Made by a program: the position numbers and the translations under genes
Source of the DNA: an uncultured Planctomycetales bacterium
GTDB taxonomy: Bacteria; Omnitrophota; Gorgyraeia; Zapsychrales; CAYRXT01
Direction of reading: 5' to 3'
DNA length: 64,000 nt
NCBI GenBank assembly: GCA_964428315.1
Contig: CAYRXT010000004.1
Location: 4,382 to 68,381, forward strand
The notes under the pieces: generated by a model
What the model was told of the DNA's origin: nothing
Databases searched by the model: none
Seen by the model: only the letters and a program-made list of their open reading frames with translations
Part shown: one piece after another, positions 1 through 9,723 of the stretch
Layout of the letters: the number at the start of each line of letters is the position of its first letter
How positions within the stretch are numbered: position 1 is the stretch's first letter

Positions 1-569
1 ACAGAATCACAGATTTTCCTGAATTCCTTGAAATCAATGATGCGCGAATAGGCGGAAGCCCCGGCAAGAATCATCTTCGGCCGGTGGACATGGGCGAGTT
101 TGCGGATCTCGTCATAATCGATCAGTTCGGTCTTGCGGTTGACCCCGTAAGTCACGAAGTTATACGTCCGGCCCGAAAAATTCAGCTTGTGCCCGTGGGT
201 CAGATGTCCGCCGCAGGCGAGATCAAGCGCCAGAACCCGGTCGCCCGATTTTAGCGCGGTCAGATAGACGGCCATGTTCGCCTGGGAACCCGAATGCGGC
301 TGCACGTTGACATGATCGCCCCCGAATATCTTTCCGGCACGTTCGACAGCCAGGCGTTCAACGACATCCACGTTCACACAACCGCCGTACCAGCGGCGGC
401 CGGGATATCCTTCGGCATATTTATTGGTCATGACGCATCCCTGGGCCTCCAAGACGGCCTCGGACACGAAGTTTTCTGACGCGATCAATTCGATATTTTC
501 GTTCTGCCTTTCGATCTCCCGGCAGACGGCCTTAAAGACCTGTGGATCTGTCTTCTTGAGGTGTTGCAT
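1..569 (-). CDS. glyA: Serine hydroxymethyltransferase, N-terminal ~190 aa (C-terminal part lies beyond the window start)
   Basis: Reverse-strand translation from ATG at 569 reads [36 protein letters not shown]...[14 protein letters not shown]...[12 protein letters not shown], a classic SHMT N-terminus; GGAGG SD upstream; no stop before the window edge. Confidence 0.9.
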   Translation of the reverse strand, partial: MQHLKKTDPQVFKAVCREIERQNENIELIASENFVSEAVLEAQGCVMTNKYAEGYPGRRWYGGCVNVDVVERLAVERAGKIFGGDHVNVQPHSGSQANMAVYLTALKSGDRVLALDLACGGHLTHGHKLNFSGRTYNFVTYGVNRKTELIDYDEIRKLAHVHRPKMILAGASAYSRIIDFKEFRKICDS

Positions 570-720
570 ATTTCCTCCACAACAGTTGTTTTTGCAACCT
601 ATCGCTTATTTTTTGACGACCTTGTCCCGGGGTTTATTCTTCCCGCCGTTCAGGTGTTCTGGTCCGGAGGTCCATTGCGAAGTCAAGGGCAGGAATGTTG
701 TCAAAAATTCCCCAACCCTC

Positions 721-1209
721 TCATTTTTTTAAAAAAGACTTTTCGATTTTTTTGATCTGATTGACGCGGCGGGAATGCCGCCCCCCTTCGAAGGGTGTCC
801 TGAACCACTCTGTGATTATGGCAAACAGCGCCCTCTGCCCGGAGACAAAGCGCGCGCCCAGCACTAAAACATTGGCGTCGTTATGGGCCCGTGAAAGCCT
901 GGCGGCCGTCCTATTGTAACAAAGGGCGGCCCGAATGCCAGGTATTTTGTTCGCCGCAATCGTATGGCCGATGCCCGTCATACAGACCAAGATCCCCCTG
1001 GCCCCCTTGTGCCGGGCGACATGGACGGCCACCTTCCTGGCGTACCGCGGATAGTCGCAGTTGACACCTTCTTTGCCGATGCCCATATCGATGACTTCAA
1101 AATCTCTTTTCCGAAGAAAATCGATGACAGCGCCTTTCAGCCGGAATCCCCGGTGGTCGGCCCCGATAAACACGGCAGGGCGTTCATGATTATTTTTTAT
1201 TTTCTTCAT
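721..1209 (-). CDS. rpiB: Ribose-5-phosphate isomerase B
   Basis: 162 aa, RpiB/LacAB family pattern (VFIGADHRGF...GIGHTIAANKIPGIRAALC); typical size. Confidence 0.85.
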   Translation of the reverse strand: MKKIKNNHERPAVFIGADHRGFRLKGAVIDFLRKRDFEVIDMGIGKEGVNCDYPRYARKVAVHVARHKGARGILVCMTGIGHTIAANKIPGIRAALCYNRTAARLSRAHNDANVLVLGARFVSGQRALFAIITEWFRTPFEGGRHSRRVNQIKKIEKSFLKK

Positions 1210-1228
1210 GATTCAAGGATATCCCCTT

Positions 1229-2293
1229 TTAAACGAGATTCATGATTTTTCCTACGGCTTTCTTGATGATCCAGACACACTCTTCGTAAACCGGATAGGG
1301 CCTGCCGATAGGATCGGGGATATCCAGATCGTCCCCCACGGCCTTCGCGTCTTCGGCAAATTCACGAAGGCAATAAACACGCTTTTCAACCGAGGGGGCC
1401 ATATGCAGGATCTGTTCTCGGTGCCCCCGGGTCATGACAAAGATGAGGTCCGCCTTTTTCAGCATGATACGGTCGACGGGCTGCGAGCGGTGAGAAGATG
1501 CATCGATGCCCTCTTTGCGCAGGACACTCAGCGTGTCGGAACTGGCCCCTATCGGCACGTACACGCTCGTTCCGGCGGAGAGGATTTTGACATCGCCTCG
1601 CGATCCGAGCTTTGACCGCAATAAATACTCCGCCATCACCGACCGGCAGCTGTTTCCAGTACAAACAAAAAGCACGACCTTCTGGTTCACTGCCTCAAGG
1701 ATTTCATCCTCCGGCACCGGGCCTTCCCGCACCACCGCAAACGGGTCTCTCGTCGTGTCCAGGACGGTTGACTCCTTCCTTAAAAGGCATGGACCTCCTT
1801 CGATGGCGATTTCCACTTTTCCGTCCAAATCGTTCAGGGCTTCACGACAATCCACAGGAGGCCGCCGGCCGGAAATATTGGCCGACGGGGCGGCCAGAGG
1901 GCATCCCGAGGCCGAGGCCAGATGGAGAGCGATCGTGTTATCCGGCATCCTCACGCCGACTTTGGCATCCTCCTCCCTGCCCTTCACGAGAAGTGTCAGC
2001 GGGCCGGGCCAGAACCTGTCAATAAGCTTATACACGCCACTCCCCAGGTCGCCGCTTAGAGAATCAATCTCTTCTCTCATTCCGATCAGCGCGCTGAAGG
2101 GTTTTCCCTCAGGCCGGTTCTTGACCTCCCTCAACCGCGCCACCGCCCTGGGATTAAGGTAATCCGCCGCTACCCCGTATACCGTCTCCGTCGGAAATAT
2201 CACCAGACCGCCGCGCCGGATGACCGCGGCGCATCTTTCCATTTTTTCTTTTTCGGGAAACGTCGGATGAACATTCAGGACTTCTGTCTTCAA
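1229..2293 (-). CDS. Fusion protein: L-threonylcarbamoyladenylate synthase (TsaC/YwlC/Sua5 domain) + low-molecular-weight protein phosphatase (YwlE-like)
   Basis: N-terminal half has the YrdC/Sua5 fold motifs (IFPTETVYGVAAD...SANISGR); C-terminal half carries the LMW-PTP P-loop VLFVCTGNSCRSVMAEY (CX5R) and a DP motif; 4-bp overlap with purE. Confidence 0.8.
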   Translation of the reverse strand: MKTEVLNVHPTFPEKEKMERCAAVIRRGGLVIFPTETVYGVAADYLNPRAVARLREVKNRPEGKPFSALIGMREEIDSLSGDLGSGVYKLIDRFWPGPLTLLVKGREEDAKVGVRMPDNTIALHLASASGCPLAAPSANISGRRPPVDCREALNDLDGKVEIAIEGGPCLLRKESTVLDTTRDPFAVVREGPVPEDEILEAVNQKVVLFVCTGNSCRSVMAEYLLRSKLGSRGDVKILSAGTSVYVPIGASSDTLSVLRKEGIDASSHRSQPVDRIMLKKADLIFVMTRGHREQILHMAPSVEKRVYCLREFAEDAKAVGDDLDIPDPIGRPYPVYEECVWIIKKAVGKIMNLV

Positions 2294-2775
2294 ATATCGA
2301 CCTTTGTGTTACGGATCTTCTCGGCCTGCGCCGAGCGGTACCCGTCCAGCCTTTGAAGTATGTTTTCGTCGGAAAGCCCCAAGATACGCAAGGCAAGAAG
2401 CGCCGCGTTCTTGGCTCCGGCCTTTCCTATCGCCATCGCCGCTACGGGGACCCCGGGAGGCATTTGCGCGGTCGACAAAAGGGAATCCATGCCGTCGAGG
2501 ACCGACTCGATGGGGACACCGATAACCGGTAAAGGCGTATGAGCGGCTATAACCCCCGCCAGCGCGGCCGAACCGCCCGCCCCGGCAATAACGGCCTTAA
2601 CGCCGCGTTCCTGAAGGTGGCTCGCGTAACCGGCGGTTTCGACCGGCGTCCGGTGGGCCGATAGAACCCGCATCTCAAAGGTGACCTGAAAATCCTTCAG
2701 GATCACGCCCGCTTCGCGCATCGTCGGCAAATCGGACTGGCTTCCCATGACAATCGAGACAAGCGGCTTATCCAT
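2290..2775 (-). CDS. purE: N5-carboxyaminoimidazole ribonucleotide mutase
   Basis: 161 aa; PurE signature (VSIVMGSQSD...VIAGAGGSAALAGVIA). Confidence 0.9.
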   Translation of the reverse strand: MDKPLVSIVMGSQSDLPTMREAGVILKDFQVTFEMRVLSAHRTPVETAGYASHLQERGVKAVIAGAGGSAALAGVIAAHTPLPVIGVPIESVLDGMDSLLSTAQMPPGVPVAAMAIGKAGAKNAALLALRILGLSDENILQRLDGYRSAQAEKIRNTKVDI

Positions 2776-2792
2776 TATGTGCGCTCCTTATT

Positions 2793-4082
2793 TTAAGATT
2801 CCATCCTGTTTGATCTGGCCAGGGCCTTTTGGGCGATATCCCTTCGGTAATGGCACCCTTCAAACTGGATTTTTTCCACGCTATTATAAACATTTTTGAT
2901 GGCGCTGGCAATATCCGCCCCCAAAGCGGCCACGCTCAGAACGCGTCCGCCCGCGGTAACCAATCGCCCTTCTTCTTCCCTGGTCCCCGCGTGAAACACG
3001 ATAATATCTTTTACTCCGGCAATGGACTCCAATCCGCTTATCACCCTTCCCTTTCCGTAGCGGCCGGGATAACCCTGCGAACTCATCACGACGCAGACAC
3101 AGGCCCTCTCGTCCCATGTCAGGGTTTTGTCCTTAAGCGTTCCCCCGCAGGCAGACTCCAGGATTTCGACAAGGTCGCACTGAAGACGCGGCAAGACCGC
3201 CTGCGTCTCGGGATCGCCGAACCGGACGTTGAATTCCAGTACGCGCGGTCCGGAATCGGCAATCATCAGTCCGGCATACAAGACGCCGCGGAATGGATGT
3301 CCCTCCGCTTCCATCCCCGCGATAACCGGTTTGATGACTGTCTCTTCAATCTGTCCGGCCATTGTTCCGGTAATGACAGGCGCGGGCGAATATGCGCCCA
3401 TACCACCGGTATTCGGGCCAAGGTCGCCGTCAAAAATCCTTTTGTGATCCTGCGATGATTCAAGCATAACATAATCTTTCCCGTCGCTGACAGCCAGGAT
3501 GGATGCCTCCTCGCCGGTCAGGCATTCCTCGACCACGACACGGTTCCCGGCGTCCTGAAACACCTTCTCTCCCATGATCTTGTGCAATGACCGCAGGGCC
3601 TCTTCCCTCGAAGTGCAGACTGACACCCCCTTGCCGGCCGCCAGGCCGTCGGCCTTAATCACGGCGGGAAAACGAATTTCACCCGTATAGGCCATGGCCG
3701 CATCGACATCCTCGAAACTGCGGAAGGCCGCTGTCGGGATATTGTTCCGGCTCATGAACTCCTTGGCGAATATCTTGCTTCCCTCCAGCTGAGAGGCGAA
3801 CCTGTCCGGCCCAAAAATCTTCAGGCCTTCCTTTTGAAAGACATCCGCTATACCGGCGACGAGAGGGACCTCGGGCCCAACCACAGTCAAGTCGATATTT
3901 TCCTGCCTGGCAAAGCCTTTCAGACCCTGGATATCCTCGGCCTTAATATCCACGCATTCGGCCAAAGACGCTATGCCGCCGTTGCCCGGGGCACAGCACA
4001 ACCTCGTAAGCTTCCGGCTCTGTTTAAGCTTCCATACTAGGGCGTGTTCGCGTCCTCCCGAACCGACAACCAGTATCTTCAC
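2793..4082 (-). CDS. purD: Phosphoribosylamine--glycine ligase
   Basis: 429 aa; MKILVVGSGGREHAL N-terminus and ATP-grasp core typical of PurD. Confidence 0.9.
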   Translation of the reverse strand: MKILVVGSGGREHALVWKLKQSRKLTRLCCAPGNGGIASLAECVDIKAEDIQGLKGFARQENIDLTVVGPEVPLVAGIADVFQKEGLKIFGPDRFASQLEGSKIFAKEFMSRNNIPTAAFRSFEDVDAAMAYTGEIRFPAVIKADGLAAGKGVSVCTSREEALRSLHKIMGEKVFQDAGNRVVVEECLTGEEASILAVSDGKDYVMLESSQDHKRIFDGDLGPNTGGMGAYSPAPVITGTMAGQIEETVIKPVIAGMEAEGHPFRGVLYAGLMIADSGPRVLEFNVRFGDPETQAVLPRLQCDLVEILESACGGTLKDKTLTWDERACVCVVMSSQGYPGRYGKGRVISGLESIAGVKDIIVFHAGTREEEGRLVTAGGRVLSVAALGADIASAIKNVYNSVEKIQFEGCHYRRDIAQKALARSNRMES

Positions 4083-4106
4083 GTTGTCCCTTCCCTCTCC
4101 TTCGCG

Positions 4107-5108
4107 TTATTGAAAATGTATCTTCCGAGCCTTGTCCTTCACCACTTCGCCGATGTCCCGGCAGGGAACCCGCATTCTTTTCATCATGTCCCGAACGCCC
4201 GCGGCATCCTTCCGTGAAACGGCCAGCACCATGCCAATCCCCATATTAAAGACCCTGAACATCTCCCGCGTATCGATATTTCCCTTGTGCTGAATGCGCC
4301 GAAAAATCGGCGGGACTTCCCACGATCCCCGCCTGATCAAGGCACAGCAACCCGAAGGGATAATCTTTGTCAGTTTTTCGTAAAAGGACCCGCCGGTCAT
4401 ATGGGCTATACCCTTAACGGCAAATTTCTCCACCGCCCGCAGGACGGGTTTGACATAAATCCGCGTCGGCTTCAAAAGTTCTTCGGCATGACGTTTTTGC
4501 TCTTTCTCCGAAAAAACCTTCCGCACCAAAGAAAACCCGTTCGAGTGCAGTCCGTTAGATCCTAAACCGATAAGAACATCCCCGGCCTGAATTGTCCTTC
4601 CGTCGATCAGATTCCCTCTCTCCACAACACCTACAACGAATCCGGCCAAGTCGTAATCCTTCCCTTTATACATACCCGCCATTTCCGCGGTCTCCCCTCC
4701 GATCAGACTGCATCCGGCGCTCCGGCATCCGCGGGCGATTCCTGCCATCACCTTCTTTAACACGGCAGGATCAAGCCGGCCGCAGGCAATGTAATCCAGA
4801 AAAAACAGGGGCCGGGCCCCCGAGCAAACCACGTCGTTCACGTTCATCGCGACCAGATCGACGCCCACCGTATCGTGGAGTCCGGCAAGAGACGCTATCA
4901 TAAGTTTCGTCCCCACACCGTCCGCTGAAGACACGAGAACAGGAAACCTGTAGGCCCCGGCATCAAAAGAAAAAAGGCTGCCGAAGCCTCCTTTCTGTTT
5001 GAGAACGGCGCCGCTGTGCGTCGCCGAAACCAGAGAATCGATAGCTTGGATAAAGGCATTCGCCTTTTGAATATCCACGCCGCTTGTTTTATAGGACATT
5101 TTGTTCAT
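4107..5108 (-). CDS. purM: Phosphoribosylformylglycinamidine cyclo-ligase (AIR synthetase)
   Basis: 333 aa; SYKTSGVDI N-terminus and PurM/AIRS fold motifs. Confidence 0.9.
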   Translation of the reverse strand: MNKMSYKTSGVDIQKANAFIQAIDSLVSATHSGAVLKQKGGFGSLFSFDAGAYRFPVLVSSADGVGTKLMIASLAGLHDTVGVDLVAMNVNDVVCSGARPLFFLDYIACGRLDPAVLKKVMAGIARGCRSAGCSLIGGETAEMAGMYKGKDYDLAGFVVGVVERGNLIDGRTIQAGDVLIGLGSNGLHSNGFSLVRKVFSEKEQKRHAEELLKPTRIYVKPVLRAVEKFAVKGIAHMTGGSFYEKLTKIIPSGCCALIRRGSWEVPPIFRRIQHKGNIDTREMFRVFNMGIGMVLAVSRKDAAGVRDMMKRMRVPCRDIGEVVKDKARKIHFQ

Positions 5109-5121
5109 GTCAGGTCATCCT

Positions 5122-5931
5122 CTAAAGAATATGGCGGCGGATGTAATCCACCCCGTTGCGAATAATCAGCGCGCCGTCGCCGAAACGGCGTCTTTTGTCA
5201 TGCCGCGTCCACAACGGATGTTGGGTAGGCCAAAAATGCCTTTCCGGATGAGGCATCATGCCCAAAACGCGCCCCGTCGCATCCGCGATGCCGGCGATAT
5301 GCCCGACCGAACCGTTGGGATTGAAAGGATAATCCGCAGTGGCTCCGCCCGGATCACAATACCGGAAAATCACCCGCCGGTTTCTTTCCAGAGTCCTGAG
5401 AAGCCTAGTCGATGCCGGGACAAACTTGCCTTCCGCATGCGCAACGGGAATAAACAGGACACCCTTGAGACCCTCCGTCCATACGCTGTACCCCTCCGGT
5501 TTTAAAAAGGTCCACCTGTCTTCAAACTTACCGGAGTCGTTGATCATGAGTGTGGCCGTCTGAGCGAACTGCTTCACTTTTGAGGGACGACCCGGGGGGC
5601 CGGGCAAAAGGCCGGCCTTGACCAGAACCTGGAACCCGTTGCAGATCCCGATCACGGCCTTGCCGTCGCTGATGAACTTCCGGACAGGCTTCCCCAGCCG
5701 GAGACGCAGCTCGTTGGCCAGGATCCGTCCCGCCGCGATATCATCGCCATAGCTGAACCCCCCCGGAATAGCCAGGATATGATAATCGTCCAGCTCCTTC
5801 TGGCGGTGAAACAGACGGTTGATATGGACCTCTTCCGCCTCGGCTCCCGCTGCCCGGAAGGCATAAGCGGTCTCCCTGTTGCAATTGGTACCGGCGGTGC
5901 GCAGGACTAAAACCCTGACCTTCTTGGCCAT
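5122..5931 (-). CDS. purQ: FGAM synthase, glutamine amidotransferase subunit
   Basis: 269 aa; class I GATase pattern (GICNGFQ...HPE), typical PurQ size. Confidence 0.85.
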   Translation of the reverse strand: MAKKVRVLVLRTAGTNCNRETAYAFRAAGAEAEEVHINRLFHRQKELDDYHILAIPGGFSYGDDIAAGRILANELRLRLGKPVRKFISDGKAVIGICNGFQVLVKAGLLPGPPGRPSKVKQFAQTATLMINDSGKFEDRWTFLKPEGYSVWTEGLKGVLFIPVAHAEGKFVPASTRLLRTLERNRRVIFRYCDPGGATADYPFNPNGSVGHIAGIADATGRVLGMMPHPERHFWPTQHPLWTRHDKRRRFGDGALIIRNGVDYIRRHIL

Positions 5932-5970
5932 AGTCGCTCTGATCCTTTTTTGCCTTTTTTCACCTGGAAA

Positions 5971-6666
5971 TTAAACGAACTTCTTCTTTTTGACTTTCCG
6001 GATCCCCGTCCCTTTATTATAAAACTCTTTTATAATTGTAATGATTTCTTCCGGAGTATCGACGACGTGAAAGATGTCGAAATCCTTTTCATGGACGCAT
6101 TTTTCTTTCAGCATGGAAGACCTCATCCAGTCTATAAGGCCCTTCCAGTATTTACTGCCGGCGACGATAACCGGGAAACGCTCGTTGCGCCTGGTCTGAA
6201 TGAGGGTCAGGCTCTCAAACAGCTCATCCATCGTCCCGAATCCTCCGGGAAAGATCACAAAGGCCTTGGCGTATTTGACGAACATGACCTTCCGGCAGAA
6301 AAAATAATGAAAATTGATGAGGTTGGTGATATACCTGTTGGGTACCTGTTCAAAGGGGAGTTCGATGTTGAGCCCGACGGACACGCCACGGGCGCGGAAG
6401 GCGCCCCGGTTTCCGGCCTCCATGATACCCGGTCCTCCGCCGGTGATGATGGCGTAGCCTTCCTTCGCCAGAAGATAGGCCGTCTGTTCCGCAAGTTTAT
6501 ACATCTTATGCGACGTCCGAAGCCGCGCCGAACCGAACATCGTCACCGCCGGCCCCACCTGGGACAGCTCACTGAAACCCTCGACGAATTCCGCCATAAT
6601 GCGAAAGACCCGCCACGGATTCTCGATGTCAACATCTTCCGTTATTCCTTTTCGCCTGTTCTTCAT
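5971..6666 (-). CDS. LOG-family (cytokinin riboside 5'-monophosphate phosphoribohydrolase-like) protein
   Basis: 231 aa; both LOG motifs present (GGGPGIMEA and PGGFGTMDE); sits between purQ and purL. Confidence 0.8.
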   Translation of the reverse strand: MKNRRKGITEDVDIENPWRVFRIMAEFVEGFSELSQVGPAVTMFGSARLRTSHKMYKLAEQTAYLLAKEGYAIITGGGPGIMEAGNRGAFRARGVSVGLNIELPFEQVPNRYITNLINFHYFFCRKVMFVKYAKAFVIFPGGFGTMDELFESLTLIQTRRNERFPVIVAGSKYWKGLIDWMRSSMLKEKCVHEKDFDIFHVVDTPEEIITIIKEFYNKGTGIRKVKKKKFV

Positions 6667-6696
6667 AATTGTCCCGTCCTGTTTGACAGTGGTTAT

Positions 6697-9594
6697 TTAC
6701 CAGTCCAGCGTCTTCTTCCACGAACGCTTCAGGTCCCCGATCTTTTCCTCGATGCATAATTGGCCGTTCAGTCCGTAGACGGTCAGTACCGGCTCGTCTT
6801 CCGTGCATCCGACAAGTCCCCACGGGACGCCTTTCATCATTTCTTCAAATGCCTTCTGGTTTTCGGGAAGGATCTCCGCGACAAAACGCGCATTGCTTTC
6901 GGAAAAAAGGACGCAGTCGTTGCGCCAGCGTTTCCCCCGAAAAGGCACCTCGCTCAGAAAAACCGTCGCCCCCTTCCCGCCGCTAAAGGCCATCTCCGCG
7001 AGCGAAACGGCGAATCCGCCTTCCGAACAATCATGGAGAGAACGCACGACACCCGCCTTCACGGCCCGGCTGAGCGCCGAATAGGTCCGCAATCCGGTCT
7101 TCGTGTCCGCCTGAGGCGCATTACTGCCCAAAGCGCCGTAGGTGTCGAGATAAACAGAACCGCCGAGTTCATCAAAAGTTTCGCCTATGATATAAACGAG
7201 GCTGTTCGCGTCCTTAAAATCCATCGTAACCGTCTTTTTCGCGTCGTCGATGATCCCGATAGCCGAGATCAGGAGCGTACCGGGTATGGAGATCGACCTC
7301 CCTTTGTCGGTGTATTCATTGTACAGACTGTCCTTGCCTGAGATGAACGGGACGCCGTAGTCCCGGGCCGCCGCGTAACATCCCTGGGCCGCGCGCACCA
7401 GGGCCCCAAGCCTGTCAGGCTTGTCCGGATTCCCCCAGCAAAAATTATCCAGGATCGCGATCCGTTCCGGGGAGCCTCCCACCGCGACAATCTGACGGAT
7501 CGCCTCATCCACACAGGACACCGCCATCCAAAACGGATCGATCATGCCGTAACGGATGTTGATACCGTTCGAAACGGCAAAACATTTTTTCGACGTCAGT
7601 TTCGGACGGATGACGCTGGCATCCGAAGGGCCGTCGCAGGCCTTTCCCGTCAGCGGTTTGACCACACTTCCACCCTGCACCTCATGGTCATACTGCCGGA
7701 TCACCCATTCTTTGGAACAAACGTTATAATGGCCAAGCACGGCATGGAGTTTCTTCGTCAGATTGACCTTGCGGGGAAGAAGCCATTCGCGCAGTCTCGG
7801 GGCTTTCCACACCGCCTCCTTAGTGACGTTCGGAATGCCGTTATGCAAAAAATCCATTTCCAGGTCAGCGACCCGGGACCCGTTAAAAAAGAGTTCCAGG
7901 CGCCGGGTGTTTGTGAATTCCCCGATCGGGGTCGCTTCGACATTCTCTCCGGAAAAGAGAGCAAGCAATGTTTTCACGTTCTTCTTCGGCACAGCCAGGA
8001 CCATGCGTTCCTGCGACTCCGAGATCCAGATCTCGGTATAGCTCAGTCCAAGATATTTGAGGGGCACCTTGTCCAGGTCCACGCGCGCCCCGATCTTTTG
8101 CCCCATTTCTCCTACGGCGCTGGATAAACCGCCGGCCCCGCAGTCGGTGACGGCCGAACAGAGGTTTTTATCCCTCGCCTGCAGGAGTACGTCCAGGAGC
8201 TTTTTCTCCTGGATGGGGTCTCCGATCTGCACGGCCCCCGACGAGATGCTCTCGGATTCCTGCGTCAGCTCGCCGGAAGAGAAGGTTGCGCCGTGGATGC
8301 CGTCGCGGCCTGTCCTGCCGCCGGCGACAACGATGATGTCGCCGGGACGGGCCTTTTTCTTAACCTTGTTTCTGGGCATAATCCCGACGGTCCCGCAATA
8401 GACCAGGGGATTGCCGACAAAACGCTTATCAAAAAGGATCGCGCCGTTCACCGTCGGTATCCCCATCTTATTGCCGTAATCCCGCACGCCGCCCACCACG
8501 CCCTTCATGACCCTCTTGGGGTGCAGCGTCCCCCCCGGCAAGGCCTCGAATGGCGTATCCGGCGGCGCGAAACAGAAGACGTCCGTATTACAAACGGGCC
8601 TGGCTGAAAGCCCGGTCCCCAGAATATCCCGGATGACGCCTCCTATACCGGTATTGGCCCCGCCGAAAGGTTCAAGCGCCGAAGGGTGGTTATGCGTCTC
8701 GACCTTAAAACACAGATTCGAATCCTTGTCGAATCGTATGACGCCGGCATTGTCATAAAAGACCGATACGCACCACGATCTGTCGATCTCCTTGGTGGCG
8801 CGCATAATCGTGGATTTCAGGAGATTCCGGATCCGTTTGGTCGAACGCCGGCCTCCCTGCTCACAGTGAAACCGGATATCGCCTCGAAAGGTCTTGTGAT
8901 GACAGTGTTCGCTCCAGGTCTGCGCCACGGTCTCCAATTCACAGTCCGTCGGATTTCGTCCTTGGCGCCGAAAGTGTTTTTTTATGGCCAGCATCTCTCT
9001 CTCGTTAAGAAACAGCTGGCCCCGCCGGCTGATTTCCGACAACTTTGACTTGTCCGCCCCCAGGACATCCACCGTCACCACTCGGAAAGTTGAATCAGTC
9101 ACAGGCCGGGAGGCCGGCGCCGTCCGCCCACACCTCACTTCGTGCTGAATGAGTTTATTCGCCAGCACTTTATTGACAATGACCTCTCTTTGCCGGGACG
9201 AGAGCTTCCCCCGTAAAATATACTTCCGGCTTGCCCTGACCGATACCATCTGTGTCACGCCCAGATCGCGGATGCCTTTGAGGGTGGATTCCTCAACCGG
9301 ATCCGTCACCCCTGGATTATAGGCAATCTCGATGACCAGAGGGTTTTTGCTCGTGGGGGGACGGTACTGCTCGAAAGAAAGGAAGGAGAATTCTTGGACA
9401 ACGGGATCAACCAGCAGCTGACGACAGATCTTCTGGATCTCAGTCTTGGCGATTTGTCCCTCGAGGGAATAGACCCACACAACACGGACATCCTTGACGG
9501 AATCGATTCCCAGGTCTTCGATATTCTTGCGAATATCGTCACCCAAGCTGTCAAAAACGCCCTTCTTGTCTTTTATTTCGACTCGCCAAATCAT
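6697..9594 (-). CDS. purL: FGAM synthase II with N-terminal PurS-like domain(s) (PurS::PurL fusion)
   Basis: Tracked ORF runs to 9714, but its first 40 aa are low-complexity; likely start is MIWRVEIK (ATG at 9594). The N-terminal ~160 aa have two PurS-like segments (…KVLANKLIQ); the rest is PurL AIRS/AIRS_C repeats. Confidence 0.85.
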   Translation of the reverse strand: MIWRVEIKDKKGVFDSLGDDIRKNIEDLGIDSVKDVRVVWVYSLEGQIAKTEIQKICRQLLVDPVVQEFSFLSFEQYRPPTSKNPLVIEIAYNPGVTDPVEESTLKGIRDLGVTQMVSVRASRKYILRGKLSSRQREVIVNKVLANKLIQHEVRCGRTAPASRPVTDSTFRVVTVDVLGADKSKLSEISRRGQLFLNEREMLAIKKHFRRQGRNPTDCELETVAQTWSEHCHHKTFRGDIRFHCEQGGRRSTKRIRNLLKSTIMRATKEIDRSWCVSVFYDNAGVIRFDKDSNLCFKVETHNHPSALEPFGGANTGIGGVIRDILGTGLSARPVCNTDVFCFAPPDTPFEALPGGTLHPKRVMKGVVGGVRDYGNKMGIPTVNGAILFDKRFVGNPLVYCGTVGIMPRNKVKKKARPGDIIVVAGGRTGRDGIHGATFSSGELTQESESISSGAVQIGDPIQEKKLLDVLLQARDKNLCSAVTDCGAGGLSSAVGEMGQKIGARVDLDKVPLKYLGLSYTEIWISESQERMVLAVPKKNVKTLLALFSGENVEATPIGEFTNTRRLELFFNGSRVADLEMDFLHNGIPNVTKEAVWKAPRLREWLLPRKVNLTKKLHAVLGHYNVCSKEWVIRQYDHEVQGGSVVKPLTGKACDGPSDASVIRPKLTSKKCFAVSNGINIRYGMIDPFWMAVSCVDEAIRQIVAVGGSPERIAILDNFCWGNPDKPDRLGALVRAAQGCYAAARDYGVPFISGKDSLYNEYTDKGRSISIPGTLLISAIGIIDDAKKTVTMDFKDANSLVYIIGETFDELGGSVYLDTYGALGSNAPQADTKTGLRTYSALSRAVKAGVVRSLHDCSEGGFAVSLAEMAFSGGKGATVFLSEVPFRGKRWRNDCVLFSESNARFVAEILPENQKAFEEMMKGVPWGLVGCTEDEPVLTVYGLNGQLCIEEKIGDLKRSWKKTLDW

Positions 9595-9723
9595 TTTGCG
9601 GGAATAACGGATTGAACAAAACAGCGCTGCGGTTGAACTGACCGCACGGAAAAACGTCCGGTCAGCGACGACAGGTCTCTGCGGGGCGAAAACGGCTTCC
9701 CTTTGCCTGCACAAACGCCGGGA

